A DNA stretch of 64,000 nt from Opitutales bacterium (GTDB taxonomy: Bacteria; Verrucomicrobiota; Verrucomicrobiia; Opitutales; Opitutaceae): positions 11,652-75,651 of the forward strand of contig JBBQEG010000001.1 in assembly GCA_038320495.1 (NCBI GenBank), read 5' to 3'. The notes below the pieces were generated by a model that was not told the DNA's origin, did not search any database, and saw nothing but the letters and a program-made list of their open reading frames with translations. Every line of letters begins with the position of its first letter. The first letter of the stretch is position 1. The translations under genes and the position numbers were made by a program. Of the stretch, positions 20,695 through 30,285 are shown one piece after another.

Positions 20695-22828
20695 ACCCAG
20701 GGTGAAACGGACACTCCCGCCGGCGAGAGGTGGTGTCGCGAGGACGCTGCTGCTCCTGTTTCTGCTGGTCCCGATGCTGGCCCTCGTGCTGCCGGCGGCA
20801 GAAACGACGGCAACTACGGCCACGATTTCGGTGAGTGGCGCCGGTTTTTTTCGCGACCGCGAACTGCGCCTCGCGTTGAACCGACTCTTGCGGGCGGAAC
20901 TGAAGGCCTATCTCGATTCGAACGCGATTGAAGATGCAGCGGTCATTCTCGTGTCGGCCTTGAGCCAGTCGGGTTTTCAGAATCCGGAAGTGCAGATTGA
21001 AGCAACGCTGACCGACGGCGCCAAGGTGGTGCACGAGTTTGATCCGAGTTTTGCGGTTCCGCTGCCGCGTCCCTTGAGCGCGCGGCAGGTCCACTTTCGA
21101 TTAAACCCGGGGGTTCGCTCGCATGTGGCGGCAGTGGAGTTTGTGGGACTGAACGCGGTATCAGAGCGGCAGGCGCGGGCTTTCTTTCGCACGGATGCGA
21201 CGCTGGTGGCGACGGCGCGGACCAATGCCTTTTCGCCGGGCAAGCTCGGTCGTGGCGTGGAGGGACTGCTCGGCGAGCTGCGTCAGCAGGGCTACATTTC
21301 AGCGCAGGTGAAAGCGGATATCGTGGACGAGACTGCGGGTGGCGCGCTGACGCTGCGGGTGACGGTCACCGAAGGCCAGCGGTGGCAGGTGGCCGCGATC
21401 CTGTATCAGCGCGACGAGGACGATCGGGTTTCGCTTCCCGCTCCGGAGCAATGGGTGGGAAGGCCCTGGTCACCGACGCTGCAGGAGGATATTCGCGAAG
21501 AGATCCGGCAGGCTTATTATCGGGAAGGATTCCCGGACGTCGGGGTGCACGTCGAGGCTGAGGAGGCGGGTGGGACGGGCGCGCTGGTGAACGCGGAGGT
21601 GGTGGCTACGATCGTGTCGGGTTTGCCGGTCACGGTGGGGCAGGTGCGGTTTTCCGGCCGGGTGGCGACGCGGGAGTCGGTGTTGCGGCGGCGGGTGCGT
21701 CTCGAGTCGGGGGATCCGCTCGATCCAGTGATGTTGGAGCGAGCGCGCTACCGGATTGCCCGGCTCGGGGTCTTTGACGCGGTGGATCTGCGCTACGAGC
21801 CGCCGGTGGGGGAAGTGCGGGACCCGGTTTTCTCGGTGCGGGAGGGGCCGCGTTACGAGACGCATCTGCTTTTCGGATACGGCAGCTATGAACAGTTCCG
21901 GGCCGGAGTGGAGCACCGGCAGATGAACATCTTCGGGCTCGCGCACCAGAGCCGGCTTGACCTCGTGCAGTCGATGAAAAGCACGAGTGGAGATTATAGT
22001 TATACGGTGCCGGAGTTGTTCGGGGAGTCCCTGGATGGCACCGCCCGACTCTTCGGGCTGCAGCGTGAGGAGATCGCGTTTACGCGACAGGAGTTTGGTT
22101 TGAATGTTTCGCTGCGCCATCCGGTGCGGCAGATTGGGGGCGACGCGAAAGCCGGGTACACCTTGCAGGCCTTGAGGAACCGTCGCAACGAGCTCTCCAC
22201 CCAATTGACGGATGAGAGCCAGCTCCTCGTCGCGAGCGTGAATGTCGGCTTGTTGGGTGATACGCGCGACAACCCATTGCGACCGCGACACGGTTATCAT
22301 TGGTCGATGCAGCTGGAGGCAGCCGATCCAATGTTCGGCGGAGAGTCGACCTATCAGCGGATGGAGCTTGCCGGGGCTTATCATACGAACTGGGGCGGCG
22401 GCCGCTGGGTTCACTTCGGTTTGGCGCAAGGCATCATTACCACGGGCGGCAGTAATGATTCGACCCTGCCGGTGAACAAACGATTCTATCCGGGTGGTGA
22501 TAATAGTATCCGCGGTTATCAACGGGGTGAAGCGGCTCCGCGTGGAGCCGACGGATTATTCATCGGGGCGAAGGCTTTTATGCTGTTGAATTTTGAGATT
22601 GAACAGGCCCTGACGCCGAACTGGTCGATCGTCGCGTTTGTGGATGCATTGGGGACCGCGGTGGCGCTCCGCGAGTTGCCCTTTGAGGAGCGGCTTTATT
22701 CGGTGGGGCTGGGCGTGCGATACCAGACCCTCATTGGACCGCTCCGGTTGGAATATGGGCGCAACCTCAAGCCACGGCTGGCGGATCCGGCGGGCACGTG
22801 GCATTTCTCCATAGGTTATCCATTTTGA
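20675..22828 (+). CDS. tamA: Omp85-family outer membrane protein (TamA/BamA-like)
   Basis: POTRA-like repeats, GGDNSIRGY, GPLRLEYG, terminal F. Confidence 0.85.
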   Translation: MLTLESEPRVKRTLPPARGGVARTLLLLFLLVPMLALVLPAAETTATTATISVSGAGFFRDRELRLALNRLLRAELKAYLDSNAIEDAAVILVSALSQSGFQNPEVQIEATLTDGAKVVHEFDPSFAVPLPRPLSARQVHFRLNPGVRSHVAAVEFVGLNAVSERQARAFFRTDATLVATARTNAFSPGKLGRGVEGLLGELRQQGYISAQVKADIVDETAGGALTLRVTVTEGQRWQVAAILYQRDEDDRVSLPAPEQWVGRPWSPTLQEDIREEIRQAYYREGFPDVGVHVEAEEAGGTGALVNAEVVATIVSGLPVTVGQVRFSGRVATRESVLRRRVRLESGDPLDPVMLERARYRIARLGVFDAVDLRYEPPVGEVRDPVFSVREGPRYETHLLFGYGSYEQFRAGVEHRQMNIFGLAHQSRLDLVQSMKSTSGDYSYTVPELFGESLDGTARLFGLQREEIAFTRQEFGLNVSLRHPVRQIGGDAKAGYTLQALRNRRNELSTQLTDESQLLVASVNVGLLGDTRDNPLRPRHGYHWSMQLEAADPMFGGESTYQRMELAGAYHTNWGGGRWVHFGLAQGIITTGGSNDSTLPVNKRFYPGGDNSIRGYQRGEAAPRGADGLFIGAKAFMLLNFEIEQALTPNWSIVAFVDALGTAVALRELPFEERLYSVGLGVRYQTLIGPLRLEYGRNLKPRLADPAGTWHFSIGYPF

Positions 22829-22982
22829 GCGACCTCGGCTATGAGTTGCCTTGTCGCGGTTGAGGGACGGGTGCGGCGGGCGACCAAGGTCTGAACGTTA
22901 ACCCGATTATCCGTTCGCTCAGGCTGAGGCAGGCGAACTTTTTTGTCGCCCGCGAGCGGTGGGTGCGTCGTGCTCGTGGGTG

Positions 22983-23435
22983 ATGATTATTGCGGATATC
23001 TCCAAGATTCCTGGTCGCACGTTTCCCGCCCGCCGCTGGACCCGCGGCATGGTGGGGCAGGCCGGCCAACCTATTTCAGCTCAGGGCTTCGCCATGGGCT
23101 ATGTCGTACTGGAGCCGAATGGCGGCCAGGTGCCCTGGCATAATCAGGAGCAGGAAGAAGTGTACATGGTGCTGCAGGGGCGCGGCGAAATCTGCGTTGG
23201 CACCGAGAGGCAGGAGATAACGGCTGGGCAGGCGGTATTTCTGCCGCCGACCGTGTTCCATCAACTCACCAACATTGGCGACAACCCCCTGCATATGATG
23301 TATATCTACTGTCCCGGCGGCGACGTCGCCCACTGGCGGCAGGAACTTGATGGCACGCTGCCGCTGGCGGGCGTTGGAGAAGTGCCTGCGCTGCCGGGAG
23401 GTGCGCAACCACAGTGCACGAAAAGGCCGGGGTAA
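22983..23435 (+). CDS. Cupin domain protein
   Basis: PWHNQEQEEVYMVLQG and PPTVFHQLTN cupin motifs. Confidence 0.85.
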   Translation: MIIADISKIPGRTFPARRWTRGMVGQAGQPISAQGFAMGYVVLEPNGGQVPWHNQEQEEVYMVLQGRGEICVGTERQEITAGQAVFLPPTVFHQLTNIGDNPLHMMYIYCPGGDVAHWRQELDGTLPLAGVGEVPALPGGAQPQCTKRPG

Positions 23436-23476
23436 TTGACGAGCCGGACGGCTCGACATTTTTGATCTTGCGCGGC

Positions 23477-23502
23477 TTGGATACCAGGTTTGGATACCAG
23501 GT
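23477..23502 (+). repeat. Perfect 13-bp tandem direct repeat abutting the integrase ATG
   Basis: ttggataccaggt at 23477-23489 and 23490-23502. Confidence 0.9.
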
Positions 23503-24831
23503 ATGCCGGGCCATAAGAGAAAAACGGCCGCCGAAGGGAGCGGCGGCAAGAAATCCGACTTTGAGAAAGTATCCGGAGTTGAGAACCTGTACTTCCGGCA
23601 GTCGCGCGCGGTGTACGTCACGCGCGTTTCCCTCAATGGCACTCGGACGTGGAAGAGCCTTGAGACGGACGTTCTGACCATCGCGAAACTCCGACATCGG
23701 AAGGAGCAGGATCAGACTGAAAAGGCCCGGCAAGCCGGCGCAAAACTGACCGGAGACTTTCGGAGCTTAGGTGAGCTTGCCGATGAATTCGAAAAACGAA
23801 TTCGTGCGGCCAGATTGGCAACGTCCTCAGTTGTTGGATACCTTGGACACCTAAAGCGTCTTCGAGAAAACTGGCAGCGTGGTGCATTTGACAGTTATCC
23901 GGTGAAGCGCCTCACCCTTGACGGTATCTTCGAGCTGCGTGAGCACCTCTCTGAACGCGCCATTGTGCCCCATGGGCGGATCGGCGTCTGCACCACAAAG
24001 ACTCGCGGGTACGGCAGCTCGGTCGTGAACGACACGCTTTTTTGTCTCCGACGACTGGTCGAAATTGCGATCGAAAAGCGGGTGGTCTTCCATAGTCCGT
24101 TTGCAGAAGGAGGCGTGCTTCGTACGAAGGTGAACTTGCCGGTGAAAACGAAGAAAATCGAACTGCCGGAACGCTCGATGATGGATCGTATCTTTGCCCA
24201 GATCAGAACAGTCAAAAAGGCGAAGACGGTTCACGGTGAGACCACTCGGTTGCAGAAGTTTGCCAACTGGAACGCGGACTTCGCTGAGTTTCTCGCCTAC
24301 TCAGGCGCTCGGCACGAGGAGGCAAACCTCGTCCGTGTCGGCTGCTACAAGCCTGGAGCGAACGGAACGGTCGTCGGCACGCTTTACGTGCCCGGCTACA
24401 AGTCCGTTTCCTCTGATCGCACGATCCCGGTTATTCCACCGCTAAAACGGCTGCTGGATCGTCTTGTCGCCGGCAGGAGCGTTGACGAGAAGCTGCTGGT
24501 CGCGAAAACGTGCCTCACGCCGCTGGCAACGGCTTGCGAACGCCTCGGTCTTACACCGTTAACGCAGCATCACCTCCGCCACTACTTCGCCACAATTTGC
24601 ATCGAGAAGGGCGTCGATATACCGACTGTTTCTCGCTGGTTAGGCCATTCCGATGGCGGTCGACTTGCGATGAAAACTTATGGCCATCTCCGGCAAGACC
24701 ACTCTCTCGCGCAGGCTGCACTCGTAGATTTCGAGGATTCGAACCGGACCACGACTGCGCCCGCGGATTCGGGGCAGACGCCGATCGTGCCGTTCAAATC
24801 TGACTCTGGCGTTCAATCGAAGACCGAGTGA
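23503..24831 (+). CDS. Tyrosine recombinase/integrase
   Basis: Catalytic set YSGARHEE, HHLRH, LGHSDGG, TYGH; N-terminal arm-binding-like region. Confidence 0.92.
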   Translation: MPGHKRKTAAEGSGGKKSDFEKVSGVENLYFRQSRAVYVTRVSLNGTRTWKSLETDVLTIAKLRHRKEQDQTEKARQAGAKLTGDFRSLGELADEFEKRIRAARLATSSVVGYLGHLKRLRENWQRGAFDSYPVKRLTLDGIFELREHLSERAIVPHGRIGVCTTKTRGYGSSVVNDTLFCLRRLVEIAIEKRVVFHSPFAEGGVLRTKVNLPVKTKKIELPERSMMDRIFAQIRTVKKAKTVHGETTRLQKFANWNADFAEFLAYSGARHEEANLVRVGCYKPGANGTVVGTLYVPGYKSVSSDRTIPVIPPLKRLLDRLVAGRSVDEKLLVAKTCLTPLATACERLGLTPLTQHHLRHYFATICIEKGVDIPTVSRWLGHSDGGRLAMKTYGHLRQDHSLAQAALVDFEDSNRTTTAPADSGQTPIVPFKSDSGVQSKTE

Positions 24832-25096
24832 TGAGGACCCGGCGAGTGTCCGGAACTCGTTCCACTTTGCCCGTTGCCAGCCAACGGTAGAGAGTTGCTT
24901 GAGAAATCCCTCCCAGTAGCTTTCGAGCGGTTTTCTCGTCGTAAGCCACAGGTATTGGTTCCGACTGTGTTTCCGGCCTGGCGGCTGGACCCTCTAGGCC
25001 AGCACCCCAGCCAGCGCAGATACGCCGAGCTTCGTCTTCATTTTCAGCTTCCAAATAGACTCGGCGAATCGTCCCGTTTAGGGCGTAATAAGCCAT
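24794..25096 (-). CDS. Excisionase-like HTH protein
   Basis: ARKLLGGISQATLYRWLATGKV HTH_17-like motif; convergent on and overlapping int. Confidence 0.7.
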   Translation of the reverse strand: MAYYALNGTIRRVYLEAENEDEARRICAGWGAGLEGPAARPETQSEPIPVAYDEKTARKLLGGISQATLYRWLATGKVERVPDTRRVLITRSSIERQSQI

Positions 25097-25452
25097 GAAC
25101 GATTTCAACGGCGACGCTTGTGCCTCGATTGCGATCATGAGAGAAGACACAGCAAGCGTGTGCCTCCCGGCTCCTTTAACAATGGCTGACTCGTGCCGGG
25201 TTCCCGGTATGCCAGCTACCTTGTGGTTTCCTTCGCGATCCGTCCAGTCCCTCAAGGGCCGGAAGCCAAAGGCCCTACCTGAGACTCCGAGAATCGACTC
25301 CGCCCAATCTATTTGGAGTAAAATGGAACGGCAGCACAGTGGCAAATCCAGTAAGGTCCACCATCTGTGCAGGTTAACGTCCCAGAAGCGCCTCCCACGA
25401 GTGACGCGAGGAGACTGGCCGCGACGCGAAAAATCGAAAAAGACGCCGGATA

Positions 25453-25492
25453 GTCAACCAACCGTCAACCGGAACGTCAACTGACCGTCAAC
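25453..25492. repeat. Four phased GTCAAC direct repeats
   Basis: GTCAAC at 25453, 25464, 25476, 25487 (spacing 11/12/11). Confidence 0.8.
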
Positions 25493-25606
25493 CGAGGGTC
25501 CATCCGGCGCACGCTTTCAAATCCACCGGAGCCCCATGTCGTTGTGTAGGCCGGCGCGTCTAAGGGAAGTGAGAACCGGAACCCACGACTGCCGGTTTCA
25601 CATGCC

Positions 25607-26098
25607 TCACGGGCCGGGTGATTCAAACGGCAGTTGGAAATACTCGAAGATCGCTTTGGTGCGGGCGTGGATACGGTCCTGGAACAGACCGGCGCGTTCG
25701 GAGAGAGAATTCATCGGGTCGAAAGCGATGCGGATAAAGTCCAGCAATTCCATTTTATCGAGGTTCACCGCCACTCCCGGTTGATGATCGATTTTAAGCG
25801 TCGCGATCGAGGGCAGGCAGAGGACCATCATATAGAATTCCTCGGTCTCCACGTTGCAGAAATAGAGCCAGTACGGCCAGGCCTCGTGAAACGCCGAGTA
25901 GAACTCCCGGACTTCCGGGATCGAATGAAGCTCCCGCGGATCATCGTCGAAGCCTTCGATCATGAAGGTCATCGCGTTCATCATGTCCCGTAGCGGCCGT
26001 CCGCGAGGGAGTTTTTCCGGCGCGTAGATGTTCAGGAAGTGGCTGAAGTCGCCGCGCTCCACTTTTGACCGACTGAACTGGTAAACGATCAGATCCAT
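25607..26098 (-). CDS. CRR6/DUF1817-like hypothetical protein
   Basis: DDDPRELHSIPEVREFY..WPYWLYF resembles the CRR6/DUF1817 core. Confidence 0.6.
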   Translation of the reverse strand: MDLIVYQFSRSKVERGDFSHFLNIYAPEKLPRGRPLRDMMNAMTFMIEGFDDDPRELHSIPEVREFYSAFHEAWPYWLYFCNVETEEFYMMVLCLPSIATLKIDHQPGVAVNLDKMELLDFIRIAFDPMNSLSERAGLFQDRIHARTKAIFEYFQLPFESPGP

Positions 26099-26114
26099 CG
26101 CGCATCAAAATCCG

Positions 26115-26546
26115 TCACTGACCTTCACGCTTTCGCGCTTCGTGCAGGGCGAGGGCTTTTTGGTACGCATCGTGGAGATCAATTGCGAGGTCCTGCTGCG
26201 GAGCGACGCGCTGAAAGGCGGCATACATGACGCACATGACTTCGAGGCCGGAGAGAATCTCTTTACCGTAAGCCGGCACGCGATAGCTTTTCTCCGGGCT
26301 CGCAAAGTCGAGCCCGGTTTCCCCGGCGCGAGCGGCCTCGGCCGCCACGTGTTTGATCGTCTCGCTATCCATGCCGTCGAGGCACTTCAGGATTTCGAGA
26401 AAGTGGAAGACTGCGGCGGGTGCTTTGAGAGCGAGGAGGTCGGGATTCGAGCTGCCTTCTACCGATGATTCCGACGCTGCCTCGGCCGGCTCGTCCTGCC
26501 ATCGGAACCAGCTGCTCAGCCGTAGGTCCGCCGCGAATTTGTCCAC
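26115..26546 (-). pseudogene. Hypothetical protein, probably the 3' remnant of a larger gene
   Basis: Protein-like frame continues upstream of the GTG with no good start; SGLEVMCVMYAAF recalls C-termini of TPR-containing proteins. Confidence 0.4.
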
Positions 26547-26655
26547 GACCTCGTATTCGGAGCCGTTACCGGGCGAAATCGCGGAATAACATCCAAGGGC
26601 TCTACGATCTATTCATCCAAGCCGGTGTTCCGGTCGAGCAGGTAGCGTGACACCC

Positions 26656-27807
26656 TTACGTGTTCGCGGGAAATGCTTCCAGTCTTTGCAAAGTTTCCTT
26701 CAGCGACGCGGTCTGCTCATTTCTGGCGGCGAGTTTCTTCGCGATCTGGCCGAAACACTTGTCGATGTCCTTGAGCATGGAATCCGTGAACGTGACGACC
26801 GGCACGGCGAATTTGTCGAAATACTTGTTTCTCTTTTCCATCTCCTGTTCCCATTGATCCGCAATCTCCCGATTTACTTGAATCTGCGTCTTCTTCTGTT
26901 TTTGAATGCCGGAAATTGCCATGTGCGTCGACGCGGGGCTTAACTCAAATCCGGTGAGTTCCATCGTATGTGAATTAAGCACGGTGAAATCCAATCGGTG
27001 CTCATGCTTAACCTCCACGCCTCCGTAACGGAGTTCAGGGATCAAGAACGGCTCTGATTCAACGGATCCCGATGCTTTAAGGTATGCCACGTATCGGTCT
27101 GCAATCTCCTGTTCATATATTGAATTGGACTCGCGCTTCAACACACTGCGATAAAAGGCCATCAACTGATCGATGTTTGAAAAGGTGATGGGCACCGGGC
27201 TCGTGGGATCAACCAACCCAGTTCGAAGGACATGACCAACGGTCCAGTAGTGGTAGTCGGCGCGTCTGATTTCACTCACGTCATTCGTCCATTTTTTAAG
27301 CCGGTAGGCTGGCGACAGCAGAATCCCCCACGACATTCCGCCCCGACCAAACCAAACCTGCCACAGCATTTCATCCGGCTTGGCCCGCGTGCGCGCCTTG
27401 AAATTGCGGTAGAAATTGCGCGTCAGGAAAGTGAAGATGTAAGTTTGAATCAGAGGGTCTTTCAGAAATCTAACCAACTCGTGCTCGGATTCCGTTTTAT
27501 AGACTTCGCCATTATACTTCGCCTTCTGGGCGGCCTCAATCTTTTCAACCTTGTCCAGCAAACCCGCCACCCAGCGGGACAGGAAATCATTGGGGTCTGA
27601 GAATTGAACGCGGATGCTATCAACAAAAATGGTATTCCATCTGCCAATCTTGGCATGGAACGAGTGAAGACTGATTACCGAAGGAGCGGGCGCAAACGTT
27701 GTCACCCTGACAAGAGGCACGGCTCTAATCAGAGCTTCGTCGCGAATCGCTCCGAGTTCTGCGGTCAGCGCCTGTTCGAGCTCAAGCAATCCTTGATCCG
27801 TTTTCAT
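26656..27807 (-). CDS. Hypothetical protein with C-terminal PD-(D/E)xK/Vsr-like nuclease motif
   Basis: FLIPELRYGG..HRLDFTV..GFELS; last gene of the defence cluster. Confidence 0.55.
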   Translation of the reverse strand: MKTDQGLLELEQALTAELGAIRDEALIRAVPLVRVTTFAPAPSVISLHSFHAKIGRWNTIFVDSIRVQFSDPNDFLSRWVAGLLDKVEKIEAAQKAKYNGEVYKTESEHELVRFLKDPLIQTYIFTFLTRNFYRNFKARTRAKPDEMLWQVWFGRGGMSWGILLSPAYRLKKWTNDVSEIRRADYHYWTVGHVLRTGLVDPTSPVPITFSNIDQLMAFYRSVLKRESNSIYEQEIADRYVAYLKASGSVESEPFLIPELRYGGVEVKHEHRLDFTVLNSHTMELTGFELSPASTHMAISGIQKQKKTQIQVNREIADQWEQEMEKRNKYFDKFAVPVVTFTDSMLKDIDKCFGQIAKKLAARNEQTASLKETLQRLEAFPANT

Positions 27808-27918
27808 ACGATGCGTGCAAACTTGAGTTCATGGGTCTCGACCGCAACGCCATCCTGCCTACTGCTCAAAATGAACTAGGAGGAGCCAGGCATTCGATAT
27901 GAGCAGGCGAGCGCTCCT

Positions 27919-28863
27919 TTATTTTGTGGGGATGGTTGCAAGTTTCTCCGCCATCGCACCGGCCCCAGATTGCATCAAAGCTTGGTGCTTCGATCGCAGT
28001 AAAGAGTTTACCCAGTTAAAAACGAGCGGCCGGCTAACTCGCCCACGATAGATTTCCGTTTGCACCGCGCGCAAGCGTTGCCCCAACTCGCCGACCTCAG
28101 CCGGACTTTCCAAGCACTGCGACCAGAGGTCCTCTACTTGCGTTCGGAGTTTGCCGGCGCTTTCCGCGGCATCGCTTTGCTTAAAGCATTCTCGAATGCC
28201 CCAGACTAAGGCGGGCCAAAGCGGGGCTAGCACAGCGAGAAAAAACTGCTCGAGCGTCAATTCCCGCGCCAAGCCGTAGACCGTCAATCCGCTGGCGGTC
28301 AAAAAGAGGAGGGTCACGAGACCAATCAGATATCGCCGCCGGAGCCGTTCGTCCCACCAGCAATTCGAACGTTGGCAGACCAGCGCGGCATAGTTCAACG
28401 GCAGAACCGAAATCTCGGTAGGATACCAGTCGGTGAGATGAACGGCATTCGGCTGCTTACTCAGAAACTCTTGGCCGTTATGTGCCAGTTCCTCCGGCAT
28501 CGGCGGTTTGCCAGCGGTCAACGGATTCCAAGAAAGGCCGAAAAGTTCACAATCGAAGAGTTCCTGGATTTGTGCGCCAAGCTTGCGATACTGTGCCTGA
28601 TATCGCTCCAAAACAAATGCGTCCAAGAGTGACACCCCGACGGCGTAGAGCACGGTCCAACTTTTGGTGCCCGGCCAGTTAGACGATATCACCGAAGCCA
28701 CCACTGCCCCTCCGATCGTCAGAAGCATCTGGATCGCCAACACCTGTTTCGCTCGACCATAAACATCGCTGCTCGCCGCCAGCAAAAGGCGATGACGAGC
28801 GGCGTTCTGGCGTGTCACGATTGCGGCGCCCGTGAGGTCCTGAGGTGAGCCTGCCGGCGTCAT
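27919..28863 (-). CDS. S-4TM (SMODS-associating 4TM) CBASS membrane effector
   Basis: Y.RAK, QELFDCELFGLSWN, WYP, CQRSNCWWD..LRRRY, four TM segments; ATGA overlap with CD-NTase stop. Confidence 0.88.
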   Translation of the reverse strand: MTPAGSPQDLTGAAIVTRQNAARHRLLLAASSDVYGRAKQVLAIQMLLTIGGAVVASVISSNWPGTKSWTVLYAVGVSLLDAFVLERYQAQYRKLGAQIQELFDCELFGLSWNPLTAGKPPMPEELAHNGQEFLSKQPNAVHLTDWYPTEISVLPLNYAALVCQRSNCWWDERLRRRYLIGLVTLLFLTASGLTVYGLARELTLEQFFLAVLAPLWPALVWGIRECFKQSDAAESAGKLRTQVEDLWSQCLESPAEVGELGQRLRAVQTEIYRGRVSRPLVFNWVNSLLRSKHQALMQSGAGAMAEKLATIPTK

Positions 28864-29735
28864 GGAAAACCGCCTTGGAATACGATATTCCATTGGCGTC
28901 TGGCTTCGGTTGTGCCGCCCCAAACTTCATTGGCTTGAGCATCCTTTGCGTGATCGCGGGAGTTGGCGACCGAATCGACGGTGCGCGCGAGCATCGAAGG
29001 CGCTTTTATTGCCGCGATATAGCCGGCAATTCCCAGCGGATCGCGAAGCGCGCTACAATTCCGGGCCGCAAGCTTCATCAACAACTCTGTGAAGCAGTCA
29101 GCATACGTTTTCACGCCGGCACAAATTCCTTCCTGCGCTAGCACCATCTCAATATGAAACGAGGATAGAGAAACGGCGGTCGGACGGCGTGAGCGCCAAT
29201 ACTTCATTAAGCGTGCAGTGCCACGCAGTTTTCCCCCGGCCTGCTTATCAGCGGTCGCGATATACGCGTCGTGTGCGTCGGGACTGACCCGCATCCACCC
29301 GCCGTTGCCGTCGGGCATTCCGTAGGTGGGATAGCGGTTGTCCTGACTCATGCCTTCGAAGAAGGCGGGGACTACGTCGACCTGCACTCCGGACGAAAAC
29401 TTGACGACAATCGCATGCACATCGCGATAAATCGTCGTATTCGGGAGGCGTCCTTCCAGCGCGGAGCGAACATTGTCCAGCACGGTGATGGAAGTTTTCA
29501 GCGATCCACCCCACGTGACCGCATCCCTGCGGAAAACCGCAAACAGATCGACATCGCTTTCACCGGCTATGTCGGTGCCGCGATCAAAACTGCCAATCGT
29601 CAGAAGCTTGTAGAATGAAAATTGATCCCTGAGCCGCGTCGCAATCGTATCGCGATGTGTAGCGACTCGCTGGCGCTGCACCTCGTTAGGTGCTACGCGT
29701 TGCAGGATTGTGCGGAATGAATCGGCAGCGCTCAT
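28860..29735 (-). CDS. CD-NTase (SMODS, cGAS/DncV-like cyclic oligonucleotide synthase)
   Basis: GSFDRGT...SDVDLF, VDVVPAF, PDGNGGW..SP, RLMKYW, SFHIE. Confidence 0.92.
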   Translation of the reverse strand: MSAADSFRTILQRVAPNEVQRQRVATHRDTIATRLRDQFSFYKLLTIGSFDRGTDIAGESDVDLFAVFRRDAVTWGGSLKTSITVLDNVRSALEGRLPNTTIYRDVHAIVVKFSSGVQVDVVPAFFEGMSQDNRYPTYGMPDGNGGWMRVSPDAHDAYIATADKQAGGKLRGTARLMKYWRSRRPTAVSLSSFHIEMVLAQEGICAGVKTYADCFTELLMKLAARNCSALRDPLGIAGYIAAIKAPSMLARTVDSVANSRDHAKDAQANEVWGGTTEARRQWNIVFQGGFP

Positions 29736-30247
29736 TTTACCTCCAAAGCTGGAACAGTTGGAACTCCTTTGACCGTATCGGCTGCACTTGCCCCAAGCGC
29801 GTCTCGTCGCGCTGAGCGTGACTTCTCAATGCCCCACGTCGTTTGTGCTACTTCCTCAATTTTTGTCAGGAATTTGTCCACGTTGAGACCTGCAATGAAC
29901 GCGAGCACGTAGAAGCCCAAGTGATTGCTTTCACCTCGCGGAGCTGAGTCTAACACGAGCAGACCCGCTTTCAGCAGCAGGTAACTCACCACGCCGCAGA
30001 CCAAACTAACGACGGGCCGAATGAAATACCATGGCATCCATTTGGGATTCCAACCATCGCCCGCGCATACATTCAAATAGAGTCCGCGCAGGCAATAGAT
30101 CACGCCACCAACGCCGGCGGTGAGCCCACAGAGACAAGCCACTTCGAACGGTGCCAACCACGAAGGCAGCGCGCCCGACAATACAAGCCCAACGGCCCAA
30201 GTCTCCACGACGAGGCAGAGGATCAAAAAGAAGAACGAGCGTTTCAT
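29732..30247 (-). CDS. Small multi-pass membrane protein
   Basis: About four hydrophobic helices, WYFIRP motif; ATGA overlap with CD-NTase start. Confidence 0.8.
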   Translation of the reverse strand: MKRSFFFLILCLVVETWAVGLVLSGALPSWLAPFEVACLCGLTAGVGGVIYCLRGLYLNVCAGDGWNPKWMPWYFIRPVVSLVCGVVSYLLLKAGLLVLDSAPRGESNHLGFYVLAFIAGLNVDKFLTKIEEVAQTTWGIEKSRSARRDALGASAADTVKGVPTVPALEVK

Positions 30248-30285
30248 GGTCGAGATATCGTCGGTTTGGTTGAGCAGAAAGCCGG

